From positions 224,001-288,000 of the forward strand of contig JAKPMO010000002.1 of the NCBI GenBank assembly GCA_029548865.1: a DNA stretch of 64,000 nt, given 5' to 3'. Source of the stretch: Caldisericota bacterium (lineage in GTDB: Bacteria; Caldisericota; Caldisericia; JAAYUI01). Under the pieces are notes generated by a model. That model was not told the DNA's origin. It did not search any database and worked only from the letters and a program-made list of their open reading frames with translations. Below are positions 10,367-19,118 of this stretch, piece after piece. The position numbers and the translations under genes were made by a program. Each line of letters starts with the position of its first letter. Within the stretch, counting starts at the first letter, position 1.

Positions 10367-11152
10367 TCAAGCCTGGATGTACTGGAAATATCTGCCGGAC
10401 AACCCTGCCTCGTTCACCATTCCGGAGTGCTCAAGTTCCTGTATGAGATTGAACACTTCAGGTTCCGGAAAATTCGACTGTTTTGCGATTTCCGGTATTG
10501 TCATCGGTATCTTGTCAATTTTGCCAAGCACGGCGTAGAGACGATATTTGTGCTTGATCTTGTCAATAATCATCTCGTCAAATTCTTCCTGGGATATCTT
10601 GAGATCGTAGGTGTTGCCTATTTCGGTGAGCTGGTTTTCCTTGCCCACCATCCAGCCTATCTCAGGGTCCTGGGTGACTTTTCTTGCCATCATGAGCTTT
10701 TCCCTGACATCTTCAGGAGTGAAATTCTCAGTTTCTGCCTGGCCAAGCGGCCCAAGTTTCAGGATTTTTTTTCTGAACTGTTCAAGCGGGTCGCTGATGA
10801 GCTGGAGGAAACCCAGCGAAATTTCGACCCTTCCTGGGTCAAACCCTGCAAACTTGAGAAGGTTCTTTGCGAAGTGCATCCTTCTTTTTGCTATGAAATT
10901 TCCGTCCCTGTAGTTGCACTCGTATGAGTCGCACCCGGCCACAAAAACGCCGTCTGAGCCCATCTCCATGGCTTCAAGGACATTGTCTGCCATGACCCTT
11001 CCTGAGCAGAGCACCCTTAGTATTCTTGGTACGCCCCTGTAAGGTGCCCTTATTGGACCGACGAGGTCTCCTGAGGCCGATGAGCACCAGTTGCAGACAA
11101 AAGCGACAATCTTTGGGTTGAATATTCCTCTTTTTGCTGGTTGTTGTTCCAT
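10367..11152 (-). CDS. MvhD/FlpD-like [2Fe-2S] protein with a C-terminal winged-helix-like extension
   Basis: CNWC, LCSGRV, GCDSYECNY; C-terminal MTIPEIAKQSNFPEPEVFNLIQELEHSGMV is HTH-like. Confidence 0.85.
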   Translation of the reverse strand: MEQQPAKRGIFNPKIVAFVCNWCSSASGDLVGPIRAPYRGVPRILRVLCSGRVMADNVLEAMEMGSDGVFVAGCDSYECNYRDGNFIAKRRMHFAKNLLKFAGFDPGRVEISLGFLQLISDPLEQFRKKILKLGPLGQAETENFTPEDVREKLMMARKVTQDPEIGWMVGKENQLTEIGNTYDLKISQEEFDEMIIDKIKHKYRLYAVLGKIDKIPMTIPEIAKQSNFPEPEVFNLIQELEHSGMVNEAGLSGRYFQYIQA

Positions 11153-11160
11153 TTGTCCCC

Positions 11161-11826
11161 CTAGTATGACCTGATGACTTCTTTTATCTGGTCAGAGAGT
11201 TTGTCTGTGGTGTGGTAGTTCATGAATATTGCACCGTAAGGACAGCTTGTCGAACAGAGTGAGCAACCCCTGCAAAGCTCAGAGTTTGTTCTGGCTTTCA
11301 GGCCCCTCTCTGTCTGCACCATGGTGATGGCGCCAAACGGGCACACCTCGACGCAAAGTCCACAACCAACACAAAGATTGTCATCCCTCATCTCGACTTC
11401 TTCGTAGACAAGCGCATCTTTCGGACAGGCGTCTACGCAGGCCGGTATTGGAACATCAAGGCACCTGTCGCATTTGAGCACCTTGGTGTAGTCCTCATTG
11501 GGAAGCACTCCGCCGTATGGGCAGTTCATGACGCACATCCAGCATGCGATGCATTTGTCGTAATCGACATTGACCATTCCTGTTTCCGGGTCAAAGTGCA
11601 TTGCGCCGGTCATGCAGGCCGTTACGCATGGAGCATCGTCACAGTGCCTGCACCTTAACGGGTAGGGCCTGGTTCCGGCAAGCTCCACATGGACCCTCTG
11701 TTTTGAGAGTTGCTTGTCTATTTCGTGGGGTATTTCGGAATCTTCTGGAGTGTGTTTTTTGAGGCAAGCCCTTTCACAAAGCCTGCAACCAACACATTTT
11801 TCGAAGTCCACAAGGATTGTTTTCAT
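11161..11826 (-). CDS. Multi-[4Fe-4S] ferredoxin-like protein (CooF/HydN type plus an extra dicluster domain)
   Basis: CVGCRLCERAC, CRHCDDAPCVTAC, CIACWMCVMNCP, KCDRC...ACP, two more CxxCxxCxxxCP motifs. Confidence 0.92.
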   Translation of the reverse strand: MKTILVDFEKCVGCRLCERACLKKHTPEDSEIPHEIDKQLSKQRVHVELAGTRPYPLRCRHCDDAPCVTACMTGAMHFDPETGMVNVDYDKCIACWMCVMNCPYGGVLPNEDYTKVLKCDRCLDVPIPACVDACPKDALVYEEVEMRDDNLCVGCGLCVEVCPFGAITMVQTERGLKARTNSELCRGCSLCSTSCPYGAIFMNYHTTDKLSDQIKEVIRSY

Positions 11827-11835
11827 TGCGACCTC

Positions 11836-13065
11836 CTAGAAAACCAGCAAGGCAAGCTTGTCTTCGAGGACATCTTCCTTGTGGCCTTTCACGGAAACCT
11901 GTTTTTTGATGAGACCGTTGAGGGTCCCTATCGTTGTTATCTTGCCAACAAACAGGGCGCCTATGACCTTGTCATCCATCAGAATGACCTTTCTGTACAG
12001 GCCCTCCCTGATGTTCTGGTTTATCATTACCTCAAACTGCCCGCCTGTTGGTTTTATGTTGCCTATTGAGATACAGGAGAGGCCGTAGAACTGGAATGAA
12101 TTCATCCAGAACCAGCCCCTGTATTCCCTTGGTATTCCAACCATGTTGAAACCGGCGATGCGGCCCTGCTCAGAGGCCCTTGGCCAGACGAGGTTTGTCG
12201 TTGATCTTCCGAATGATTCCTCAAAGGTCTCTGTGCAGTCGCCTGCGGCCCAGACGTTTGGAATGTTTGTCCTCATGTGGTTGTCAACGATTATGCCCTC
12301 GCCAGTCTTGATCTCGGTATTTTTGAGGAACTTGAGGTCAGGTTTGACGCCTTTTGCGAATATCAGTATGTCACATTCGTGCTCATCACCCGACTCGAGG
12401 ACAACACCTTCAACCTTGTCTTTGCCAAGGACTTCACTTATCGATGTGTTCAGGATGACCCTGATTCCCTTGCGGTCCAGTCTCCTTTTTACGATGGAGG
12501 CCGCCGTTTCGTCGAGCAGCTGTGACATGATCTGGTTTGAGGCTATAACGACCGTTACATCGAGCCCAGCATCGACAAGACCCTGTGCGGCCTTAAGGCC
12601 AACGAGGCCACCCCCGATTACAAAGGCCCTTCTGGCATCTTTTATTTTCTCTTTTATTTTTTGTGTTGTTCCAAGATCGGTGAACGTGTATATGCCATCA
12701 AGATCTTTTCCCGGCATGTCTGGAACCTGAGATTTTCCTCCTGTGGCTATCAGGAGTTTGTCGTAAGAGATTTCCTTGCCATCCTTGAGCGTTAGCCTAT
12801 TTGAGATTGGTTCGAATTTGACAACTGCGTTCCCAAGCTCAAGCTTGATGTCTCTTTTGTCGTACCAGTCCTGTTCGTGGTAGAACATTTTTTCAAGGGT
12901 TGTTTCACCACCAATGTAGTATGAAATGAGGGGCCTTGAATAGCTGAGGAAGGGTTCTTCACTGATCATGCAGATAGTTCCGTCCCTGTCTTCAGACCTT
13001 ATGGTGTCAGCGGCCCTCAAACCCGCTATGCCGTTTCCGACTATCACATATTTGTAGTGTTCCAT
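11836..13065 (-). CDS. FAD-dependent NAD(P)H oxidoreductase (NirB N-terminal / rubredoxin reductase-like)
   Basis: IVGNGIAG, LLIATGG, VIGGGLVG, TNIPNVWAAGD. Confidence 0.92.
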   Translation of the reverse strand: MEHYKYVIVGNGIAGLRAADTIRSEDRDGTICMISEEPFLSYSRPLISYYIGGETTLEKMFYHEQDWYDKRDIKLELGNAVVKFEPISNRLTLKDGKEISYDKLLIATGGKSQVPDMPGKDLDGIYTFTDLGTTQKIKEKIKDARRAFVIGGGLVGLKAAQGLVDAGLDVTVVIASNQIMSQLLDETAASIVKRRLDRKGIRVILNTSISEVLGKDKVEGVVLESGDEHECDILIFAKGVKPDLKFLKNTEIKTGEGIIVDNHMRTNIPNVWAAGDCTETFEESFGRSTTNLVWPRASEQGRIAGFNMVGIPREYRGWFWMNSFQFYGLSCISIGNIKPTGGQFEVMINQNIREGLYRKVILMDDKVIGALFVGKITTIGTLNGLIKKQVSVKGHKEDVLEDKLALLVF

Positions 13066-13961
13066 CAGGCCTCCTTGACTCCAACAGCCAGCCTGTCCAG
13101 TATTGTTTTTGGTTTGACCCTGTTCAGGTTGAAGCCGAGATCTTTTTCATCAATTCCTATCGCCAGTCCGATGACTTGCGGGAGGTAGAGGACGGGCAGA
13201 TCAATCGGTTCGCCTATCTCTTTCTCGGCCTTTTTCTGGTTCCCCTCGTACTGGATATTGCAAAATGGGCAGTGGAGGACCATTCCATCAACATTGCCTC
13301 TGGCCTTGATTCTCTGCAGCTTTCCTGATGCGACCTTGATTGAAGTGGCTTCCCTGATGCCAAGGATTCCACCACCGCAGCATTCATTTCTGTTCATTAT
13401 GATGATGCTGTTTGCACCCGTTGCTTTTATCAGTGCATCAAGAGTTGTTGGTGCCTCGGGATCATCAAAACGTTTGAATGTTTCGCTTGGCTTGAGGTAG
13501 TGGCAACCTGCATGACTTACAAAATTTATGCCTGTTAGGGGTCTTTTTACTGCCTGTGAGATTTTCTCGGGGCCAATCTTTTCATGGAGCAATCTTGTGA
13601 AGTGCCATACCTTTGTGTCGCCGGTGTATGGCCCTGAGCCTGATTTCTCGAGCGTTGTGTTGATTCTTCTCCTGAGTTCCTTATCGTGTGCAAGCTCGAC
13701 TGAGGCTTCGGAGAGAGTTGAATTGCAGGCTGAGCAGAGAGTTACAAGTTCAAGACCCATATCCGAGGCTTTTGCCAGGGTGTTTGCAGACATCGCAAGG
13801 CAGGCATCCCTGTTGACATTGCGCATTGGCATTCCACAGCAGGATGGTTCGTTGATGTCAACAAACTCTATCCCAAAGGCTTCGGCCACTTTCCTTGCGG
13901 AAAGTTCGTAGTTGAGGGCCCTGGCGGGAATTGTGCAACCTGTGAAGAGGGCAAATTTCAT
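13065..13961 (-). CDS. hdrB: Heterodisulfide reductase subunit B
   Basis: Two CCG domains (FTGC..SCCG..CSAC; AGCH..ECCG..CPFC), LPVLYLPQVIGLA. Confidence 0.95.
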   Translation of the reverse strand: MKFALFTGCTIPARALNYELSARKVAEAFGIEFVDINEPSCCGMPMRNVNRDACLAMSANTLAKASDMGLELVTLCSACNSTLSEASVELAHDKELRRRINTTLEKSGSGPYTGDTKVWHFTRLLHEKIGPEKISQAVKRPLTGINFVSHAGCHYLKPSETFKRFDDPEAPTTLDALIKATGANSIIIMNRNECCGGGILGIREATSIKVASGKLQRIKARGNVDGMVLHCPFCNIQYEGNQKKAEKEIGEPIDLPVLYLPQVIGLAIGIDEKDLGFNLNRVKPKTILDRLAVGVKEA

Positions 13962-14470
13962 TGTGCAGCCCCTTTCAGTTCTTCCTTCTCCAGGATCGCA
14001 TTTACAATTTCTTTTGAATTGGACACTGGTGGAAGCCCTATTTTTTCACGTTTTTTGTTATCAAAATCCGTGATTTCGTACATTCTGCCAAAATTTGAAA
14101 GAACACCAATCTGTGCGTTGTATGAAGGGTGCATGTGGCCTTCTCTTGTTGCCATGTTTTTGAGTGCGAACATGAGGTCTGTGATACCAACATCTTGGGG
14201 GCACCTCTCCTGGCATGTGTAGCAGTAGGTACAAAGCCAGATTGCTTCAGATTTCAAGACCTCTTCCTTCATACCAAGAATGACCATTCTGATTATTTTT
14301 CTTGGATTGTAATCTTCGTCAACTGCCCTTATCGGGCACGAAGCAGTGCATGTTCCACATTGGAAACAACTCTTGATTCTTTCACCGCCTACCTCTTTTG
14401 CGACCTGATATTTGAAACTGGGATCAAGCTTGGAGATTGGTAGGGTTGGTCTGTCAGCATTTTGACTCAC
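13958..14470 (-). CDS. hdrC: Heterodisulfide reductase subunit C
   Basis: CFQCGTCTASCP, NPRKIIR, IWLCTYCYTCQERCP. Confidence 0.95.
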   Translation of the reverse strand: MSQNADRPTLPISKLDPSFKYQVAKEVGGERIKSCFQCGTCTASCPIRAVDEDYNPRKIIRMVILGMKEEVLKSEAIWLCTYCYTCQERCPQDVGITDLMFALKNMATREGHMHPSYNAQIGVLSNFGRMYEITDFDNKKREKIGLPPVSNSKEIVNAILEKEELKGAAQ

Positions 14471-14534
14471 ACCAAAGCCCCCTTTCGGATTGATAAAGAT
14501 AAATAAGATTGATTGGAAACATCTTTCACTTGAT

Positions 14535-14562
14535 AGTCTAGGTTCCTTGGGAACTAAGTCAA
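14535..14562 (-). promoter_or_regulatory. Sigma70-type promoter of the hdr-mvh operon
   Basis: TTGACT-16 nt-TAGACT on the minus strand, about 65 nt upstream of hdrC. Confidence 0.55.
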
Positions 14563-14611
14563 TAAGTCATGAAAATTCATTGTGAATTTGTGATACTTAA
14601 TATTCAACCTG

Positions 14612-14629
14612 ATGTGTACAATTTCACAT
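14612..14629. promoter_or_regulatory. Rex/CRP-like palindromic site
   Basis: ATGTGTACAATTTCACAT compared with TTGTGAA-N4-TTCACAA. Confidence 0.35.
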
Positions 14630-14747
14630 TGGTTTTTGGATGGTTGACAAAAAAACCGGTAAAAACTTCAAAGTAAACCAAAGATTAAATACCCATTCTA
14701 AAGGGAGCGAAGTTGACCTTCTGTCCAATTCTTCTAAGATGGTCTAC

Positions 14748-15173
14748 ATGGAAGAGAATGTCCAGAAACAGACGTCCAAACAGGCACCAGAAGAAAATGA
14801 AGTGCTTTATAGTGTGATCGCCCACATATCCCTTGGTATTGTTGGTATTGCAGTGCTATCCGGCATGATTGCTTCTGTAAAAGACAGCAAATTTGCCCAC
14901 GATCACTCTGTGTTTTCGGTTATAAATGGTGTTTTGACCCTTGTTGTGATGTTTTCCTGGTACTATCTTTTTTTGGGTCTAGGTGCGCTCATGGGTCAGC
15001 AAGCAGTCTACGAATGGTACACAATGGGCATGATGTTATTCGTGATAGCATCGTTTGGAGGAGCCCTTTATTCAGCAATCATCGCATCCCTTGGCAAGAT
15101 ACCTTTTGTGCCATGGGTCTATCCGATTGCCAACAGATTTTTCAAGATTGATACACAGAAACCTCAGAGCTGA
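14748..15173 (+). CDS. Membrane protein (DUF4870-like)
   Basis: Three TM helices, terminal GKIPFVPWVYPIA; ATG14748 follows TTGACC-16-TAAGAT. Confidence 0.7.
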   Translation: MEENVQKQTSKQAPEENEVLYSVIAHISLGIVGIAVLSGMIASVKDSKFAHDHSVFSVINGVLTLVVMFSWYYLFLGLGALMGQQAVYEWYTMGMMLFVIASFGGALYSAIIASLGKIPFVPWVYPIANRFFKIDTQKPQS

Positions 15174-15901
15174 TGTTTCTTGGTTGAAATAGTTTTGATA
15201 GCTATATTGCCAATCTTAGTCACCAATTGAAGGAAGCCTGTTCCATTGCCAAGGGTCCCATAGGCCCTGGTTCTTGCATCCTGTTTTGTACCATCCTCTG
15301 ATTCCAGGGTTATTTGTCCGGTCGAGGCTGCTGCATTGAATTTAAGATCCGGGTCTGTGAGCGTTGCTTTTATCGTTCCGGTGAGTGATTCTATTTTGTT
15401 TGGCGAGTCTGTGGACAAAACCCCTAAAAAATCAATATCTCCGGTATAGCTGTATATGGACACGGAACCGCAAAAATCTTTTACAATGCACTCAGCGCCC
15501 GAAAGAAGCATTTTTAGTTTTCCTATGCACTGGGAAACGATCGCCTTGCCAGATCCCACCTGCAGATTGGCAGAACCATCGGTGCCTTCCACAGATAGGG
15601 AACCTGAATATACATTTGCTTTTAGATTGCATTTTTGTGGAACTTTTAGAAGAAGGTTGCCAGTCGGCCACTCTTTTTTTAGAGAATAGCCTATCCATGC
15701 ATATATCCATTGGAACCAGTTTACCTTGTATGAGTAGGACAATATGAGTTTTTCATCTTCTTGTAAGGATTTGAAAGCCATGTTTCTAAAATTTCCAGAT
15801 GCCTCTATGTCCTGTCTGTCCTCACCCTGGATGTAAAGTTTCCCGGAGTCAAGCTTTATGTGTATTTCTTTGTTGAAGGGGAATTTTTCCAGTTGTTCCA
15901 T
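15164..15901 (-). CDS. DUF4097/adhesin-like beta-strand repeat protein
   Basis: Repeated xSGxIxI-type motifs, LLLKVPQKCNL, final LVTKIGNIAI. Confidence 0.8.
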   Translation of the reverse strand: MEQLEKFPFNKEIHIKLDSGKLYIQGEDRQDIEASGNFRNMAFKSLQEDEKLILSYSYKVNWFQWIYAWIGYSLKKEWPTGNLLLKVPQKCNLKANVYSGSLSVEGTDGSANLQVGSGKAIVSQCIGKLKMLLSGAECIVKDFCGSVSIYSYTGDIDFLGVLSTDSPNKIESLTGTIKATLTDPDLKFNAAASTGQITLESEDGTKQDARTRAYGTLGNGTGFLQLVTKIGNIAIKTISTKKHQL

Positions 15902-15994
15902 AGTTTAAGGCTAACCATTAGAAGAATGTTCACAAGGTTTTATAGTTGAAATTGGGGTTCAACTATTGGCGGTGTTGTGCTCTAAGCATTACGA

Positions 15995-16951
15995 TCAATC
16001 GTGAAGCTGGTAGGCCAGTTTGAGCAATTCCTCATCGGGTTTTTTCAATTTACCAATGACCAGGTTGGATGGGGTGAAGGCCGGTTTGCCATCAATAAAG
16101 CCCACTACACAATCAGCGCGCCCTTCCAATGCAGCATCAACAGCCAGTGAGCCAAGTTTTGAGGCGTGCAATCTGTCAAATGATGTTGGGCTTCCGCCTC
16201 GCTGGATGTAACCAAGGATTGAGACATAGGGATCTATGCCGGTCCGTTCCGCAATTTCCAGCGCTAGCCATTTTGCATGGCCGGCTCCCTCGGCAAGCAC
16301 GATTATATGGTGGTGTTTCTTCTTGTCCCTGCTTTTTATGACCCTCAAAGCCACTTCATTCAGATCAACCTTGTATTCTGGAACAAGGATGGTGTCTGCG
16401 CCACAGGAAAGGCCGCTATAAAGTGCCAGGAAACCAGAGTCTCTTCCCATGACTTCGACGATAAAGGTTCTTTCGTGCGATGTGGCTGTGATCCTGATTT
16501 TGTCTATCGCCCAAACGGCAGTGTTCACTGCGGTATCAAAACCAATGGTAAAGTCTGTTCCCACGAGGTCATTATCGATTGTTGAAGGTATGCCAATTGT
16601 TTTTACGCCCTGCATTGCCAGTGCATGGAGGCCTGTTTGAGTGCCATTTCCACCGACAGCAAACACGTAGTCGATGCCTCTTTCCATAATGTTGCTGGCG
16701 GCCTTTTTTTGAAATTCTTCTGACTTGAATTCTTCGGAACGGCTGGAACGTAATATTGTTCCGCCCATTTCCAGTATTCCGCCTACATCTCTTGCCTGGA
16801 GTGGCTCAATGCAGCCATCAAGTAAGCCCTTGTATCCGTACTTTATTCCAAAAACTTCATGGCCAAGAGAAAGAGCCTTTCTTGTGACCGCTCTTACTGC
16901 AGCATTCATCCCTGGGGCGTCCCCGCCCGATGTTAAAATGGCAATCTTCAT
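15995..16951 (-). CDS. pfkA: 6-phosphofructokinase
   Basis: MKIAILTSGGDAPGMNAA, TIDND, VEVMGR, LGYIQRGGSP. Confidence 0.96.
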   Translation of the reverse strand: MKIAILTSGGDAPGMNAAVRAVTRKALSLGHEVFGIKYGYKGLLDGCIEPLQARDVGGILEMGGTILRSSRSEEFKSEEFQKKAASNIMERGIDYVFAVGGNGTQTGLHALAMQGVKTIGIPSTIDNDLVGTDFTIGFDTAVNTAVWAIDKIRITATSHERTFIVEVMGRDSGFLALYSGLSCGADTILVPEYKVDLNEVALRVIKSRDKKKHHHIIVLAEGAGHAKWLALEIAERTGIDPYVSILGYIQRGGSPTSFDRLHASKLGSLAVDAALEGRADCVVGFIDGKPAFTPSNLVIGKLKKPDEELLKLAYQLHD

Positions 16952-17916
16952 TCGATATTGTCCTTTGTTTTTGTCGTGGCAATATAAATCATGAGGACAA
17001 TATTTGCAAGTAACAGTGACCATATCTCGCTAAAGGGCAGCGCATATACTCCTGAAGATGTTTGTGCTATCGGGACAAGGCTGCCACCAAAAAGAAACAG
17101 CCTGATAAAAAGGCTTGTCAGGGTCGTTACAACGAGGCTTCCTGATGCCTTGAACAAGAGCCCCAATGCGATGCCAAAAAGGAACCACTGGAGCAAAAGC
17201 ATCCATGTCTCGCCAATCCCAACCGGATGCCAGATCCAGATCAGTGTAGTGACATTAAAGAGCATGAAGAGAATGGCTTGGATGATTATTGAAACGGGGG
17301 TGCCAAAAAGTCCTTTGATTTTTGTCTGTATGTAACCCCTGAAAAAGATTTCGGATGCAAAACTGACCAGTACCAAGTAAAGCAAGGAGAACAACAAATC
17401 CATATCGAGTGCAGGGAAAGACATTCCAAAACCCATGACCCTTGCACCCATTATGATCGGGCCAAAAATACCAGCAAGTATGAAGCAACCCCAGAAGGTT
17501 GCTATTGATATGGTCGAACCAAGGATTTGTCTTCCAAAATTCCTTATTGTGAGGCCGAATGACCTGAGCGAGTATCTTTCACACAAGGCAATAATCAGAA
17601 TGATAAACGAGGCTGTTATCGCATCGCCCCATTCACCGCCAGAGAACCATTTTATTGCCGTTCTTTGGATGAGGATGATCAAGAAATAGAAGCTTATAAA
17701 AACGATTTGTCTAATGTTCGGGCTGGGCTTGAATCCCACAAGCGTCATGAATGCAGATTGCGCATAAACCAGATATGCGCTTCCCAGCAGGACCGAGTAG
17801 GAAAAAAGAACGCTTATCCATTCATTTCTGGAAAAAGACACCAGCAGGGCAAGAACTGATGCAAGAGCAAAAACCAAAAGGGATGACTTGAATCTTCTTT
17901 CAGGGGAAAAGCTCAT
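16948..17916 (-). CDS. CPBP/CAAX-family intramembrane protease homolog with degenerate active site
   Basis: Multi-TM; SEIFFRGYIQ; the His motifs are absent. Confidence 0.75.
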   Translation of the reverse strand: MSFSPERRFKSSLLVFALASVLALLVSFSRNEWISVLFSYSVLLGSAYLVYAQSAFMTLVGFKPSPNIRQIVFISFYFLIILIQRTAIKWFSGGEWGDAITASFIILIIALCERYSLRSFGLTIRNFGRQILGSTISIATFWGCFILAGIFGPIIMGARVMGFGMSFPALDMDLLFSLLYLVLVSFASEIFFRGYIQTKIKGLFGTPVSIIIQAILFMLFNVTTLIWIWHPVGIGETWMLLLQWFLFGIALGLLFKASGSLVVTTLTSLFIRLFLFGGSLVPIAQTSSGVYALPFSEIWSLLLANIVLMIYIATTKTKDNIE

Positions 17917-19118
17917 TGATTGTCCGCCCTTTTCTTTGATTTCTTGCCTACAAATTTGGATTCTTCCCCAATCCTTGTGACCCTCTTGCCTCTGAATCTT
18001 TTTTTCACTTCGGGATGCTCGATGTTTTTTTCTTCGGTATTTGTTGAAACAGCAGGTGTTGAATCAACCATTTTTTTGACCGTTTTGATGATTTTTGTGG
18101 TTTCGTGTTTTTGGTGCCTTTGAGTTCCGTATTCCTTGGAGAGACGCACAAGGAGCATAAGGAAAGCTATAACAACAAAAACACTTATTAAGCAAAGTAT
18201 CCACCATGCCATGTCCCTTATTCTGCAAACCTTCAGTTCCCCGGAGAGCTCCCCAAGCGTTGCCTTTAGCTCGCTTGTGTTGCCTCTTGCGATCTGGAAA
18301 ATTACAATGTTTACTTCGTCCATGTGGGATTGCAGACTTATTTGGTCGCCTGGGACTTTATTTTTGGGGGGCATGCAGGAGTATTCGGAGTAGTCTTTGA
18401 CGAGGTTGACAAGTTCTTCCCTGCCTGTTTTGGGGGGCAATGGGAGCTGTGCTGATCTTACAAAACTTCGCAGATTGTCTCCGTAAAGCTGCGTTATCGC
18501 CTTGTCTATCCCGTCCTTGACGCATATCTGGAGAAATTCTAAAAGTCTTGCCTGGGACTCGTTTTGTCCAATATTTTGAATTCTTGCGGCTGCCCTTGCC
18601 ATGATCTGAAGCGAGATTTCTTTTGCTTCCGCAGAAACCGGGATTTCTTCTTCAGCAAAAACTATCCTGCAAAGTGACGCAAAAGATTGCAGGTTTATTT
18701 TTTGGTAAATTGATGAAAAATAGAAAGAAAGTATCCTTTTTGTCTGCTCCAGACAATTTGGATAGAGTATTGAAAGGATTTCATAAAAAATGGGTTTTGT
18801 GGAACCTGTTTTTTTGAGGTAATCTGGCGTGACGACGACCCTTATTGTGTCAGAGTCAATAAATTTGGCCTGTTTGGCCAAAATGGACTGGTAGCTTGGA
18901 AAAACGTCAACATTCAACTTGGTATTGGAGTGTCCAAGGTTGTCCTGTACCAGCTTGAATTGAGTTACAATATCGGCCTCGATTGTTGTTTTCTGGTAGC
19001 CAGTGGTTGAAAACCCGCTCGAAAAAGACACTTGTATATCTTTGAGTGCGAATACACCCGAAAATGGGACCAGCACTACAAAAAACGCAATCAAAGCCGA
19101 TACTGCTTTTCTTATCAT
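17913..19118 (-). CDS. Hypothetical exported protein with C-terminal TM and basic tail
   Basis: Signal peptide; TM near residues 305-325; ATGA overlaps on both sides. Confidence 0.75.
   Translation of the reverse strand: MIRKAVSALIAFFVVLVPFSGVFALKDIQVSFSSGFSTTGYQKTTIEADIVTQFKLVQDNLGHSNTKLNVDVFPSYQSILAKQAKFIDSDTIRVVVTPDYLKKTGSTKPIFYEILSILYPNCLEQTKRILSFYFSSIYQKINLQSFASLCRIVFAEEEIPVSAEAKEISLQIMARAAARIQNIGQNESQARLLEFLQICVKDGIDKAITQLYGDNLRSFVRSAQLPLPPKTGREELVNLVKDYSEYSCMPPKNKVPGDQISLQSHMDEVNIVIFQIARGNTSELKATLGELSGELKVCRIRDMAWWILCLISVFVVIAFLMLLVRLSKEYGTQRHQKHETTKIIKTVKKMVDSTPAVSTNTEEKNIEHPEVKKRFRGKRVTRIGEESKFVGKKSKKRADNQ

Noticed and set aside
4337..11152. Selenocysteine in HdrA, MvhD or MvhA
   Set aside because: All ORFs are full length with Cys at the usual Sec positions (DPCFSC, CNWC, GCHPGDCHY); no in-frame TGA is needed
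15995..16951. PPi-dependent or inactive PFK because of GGNGT/PSTIDND
   Set aside because: The Gly at the ATP/PPi discriminating position is retained and the other motifs are intact; treated as an ordinary ATP-PFK variant
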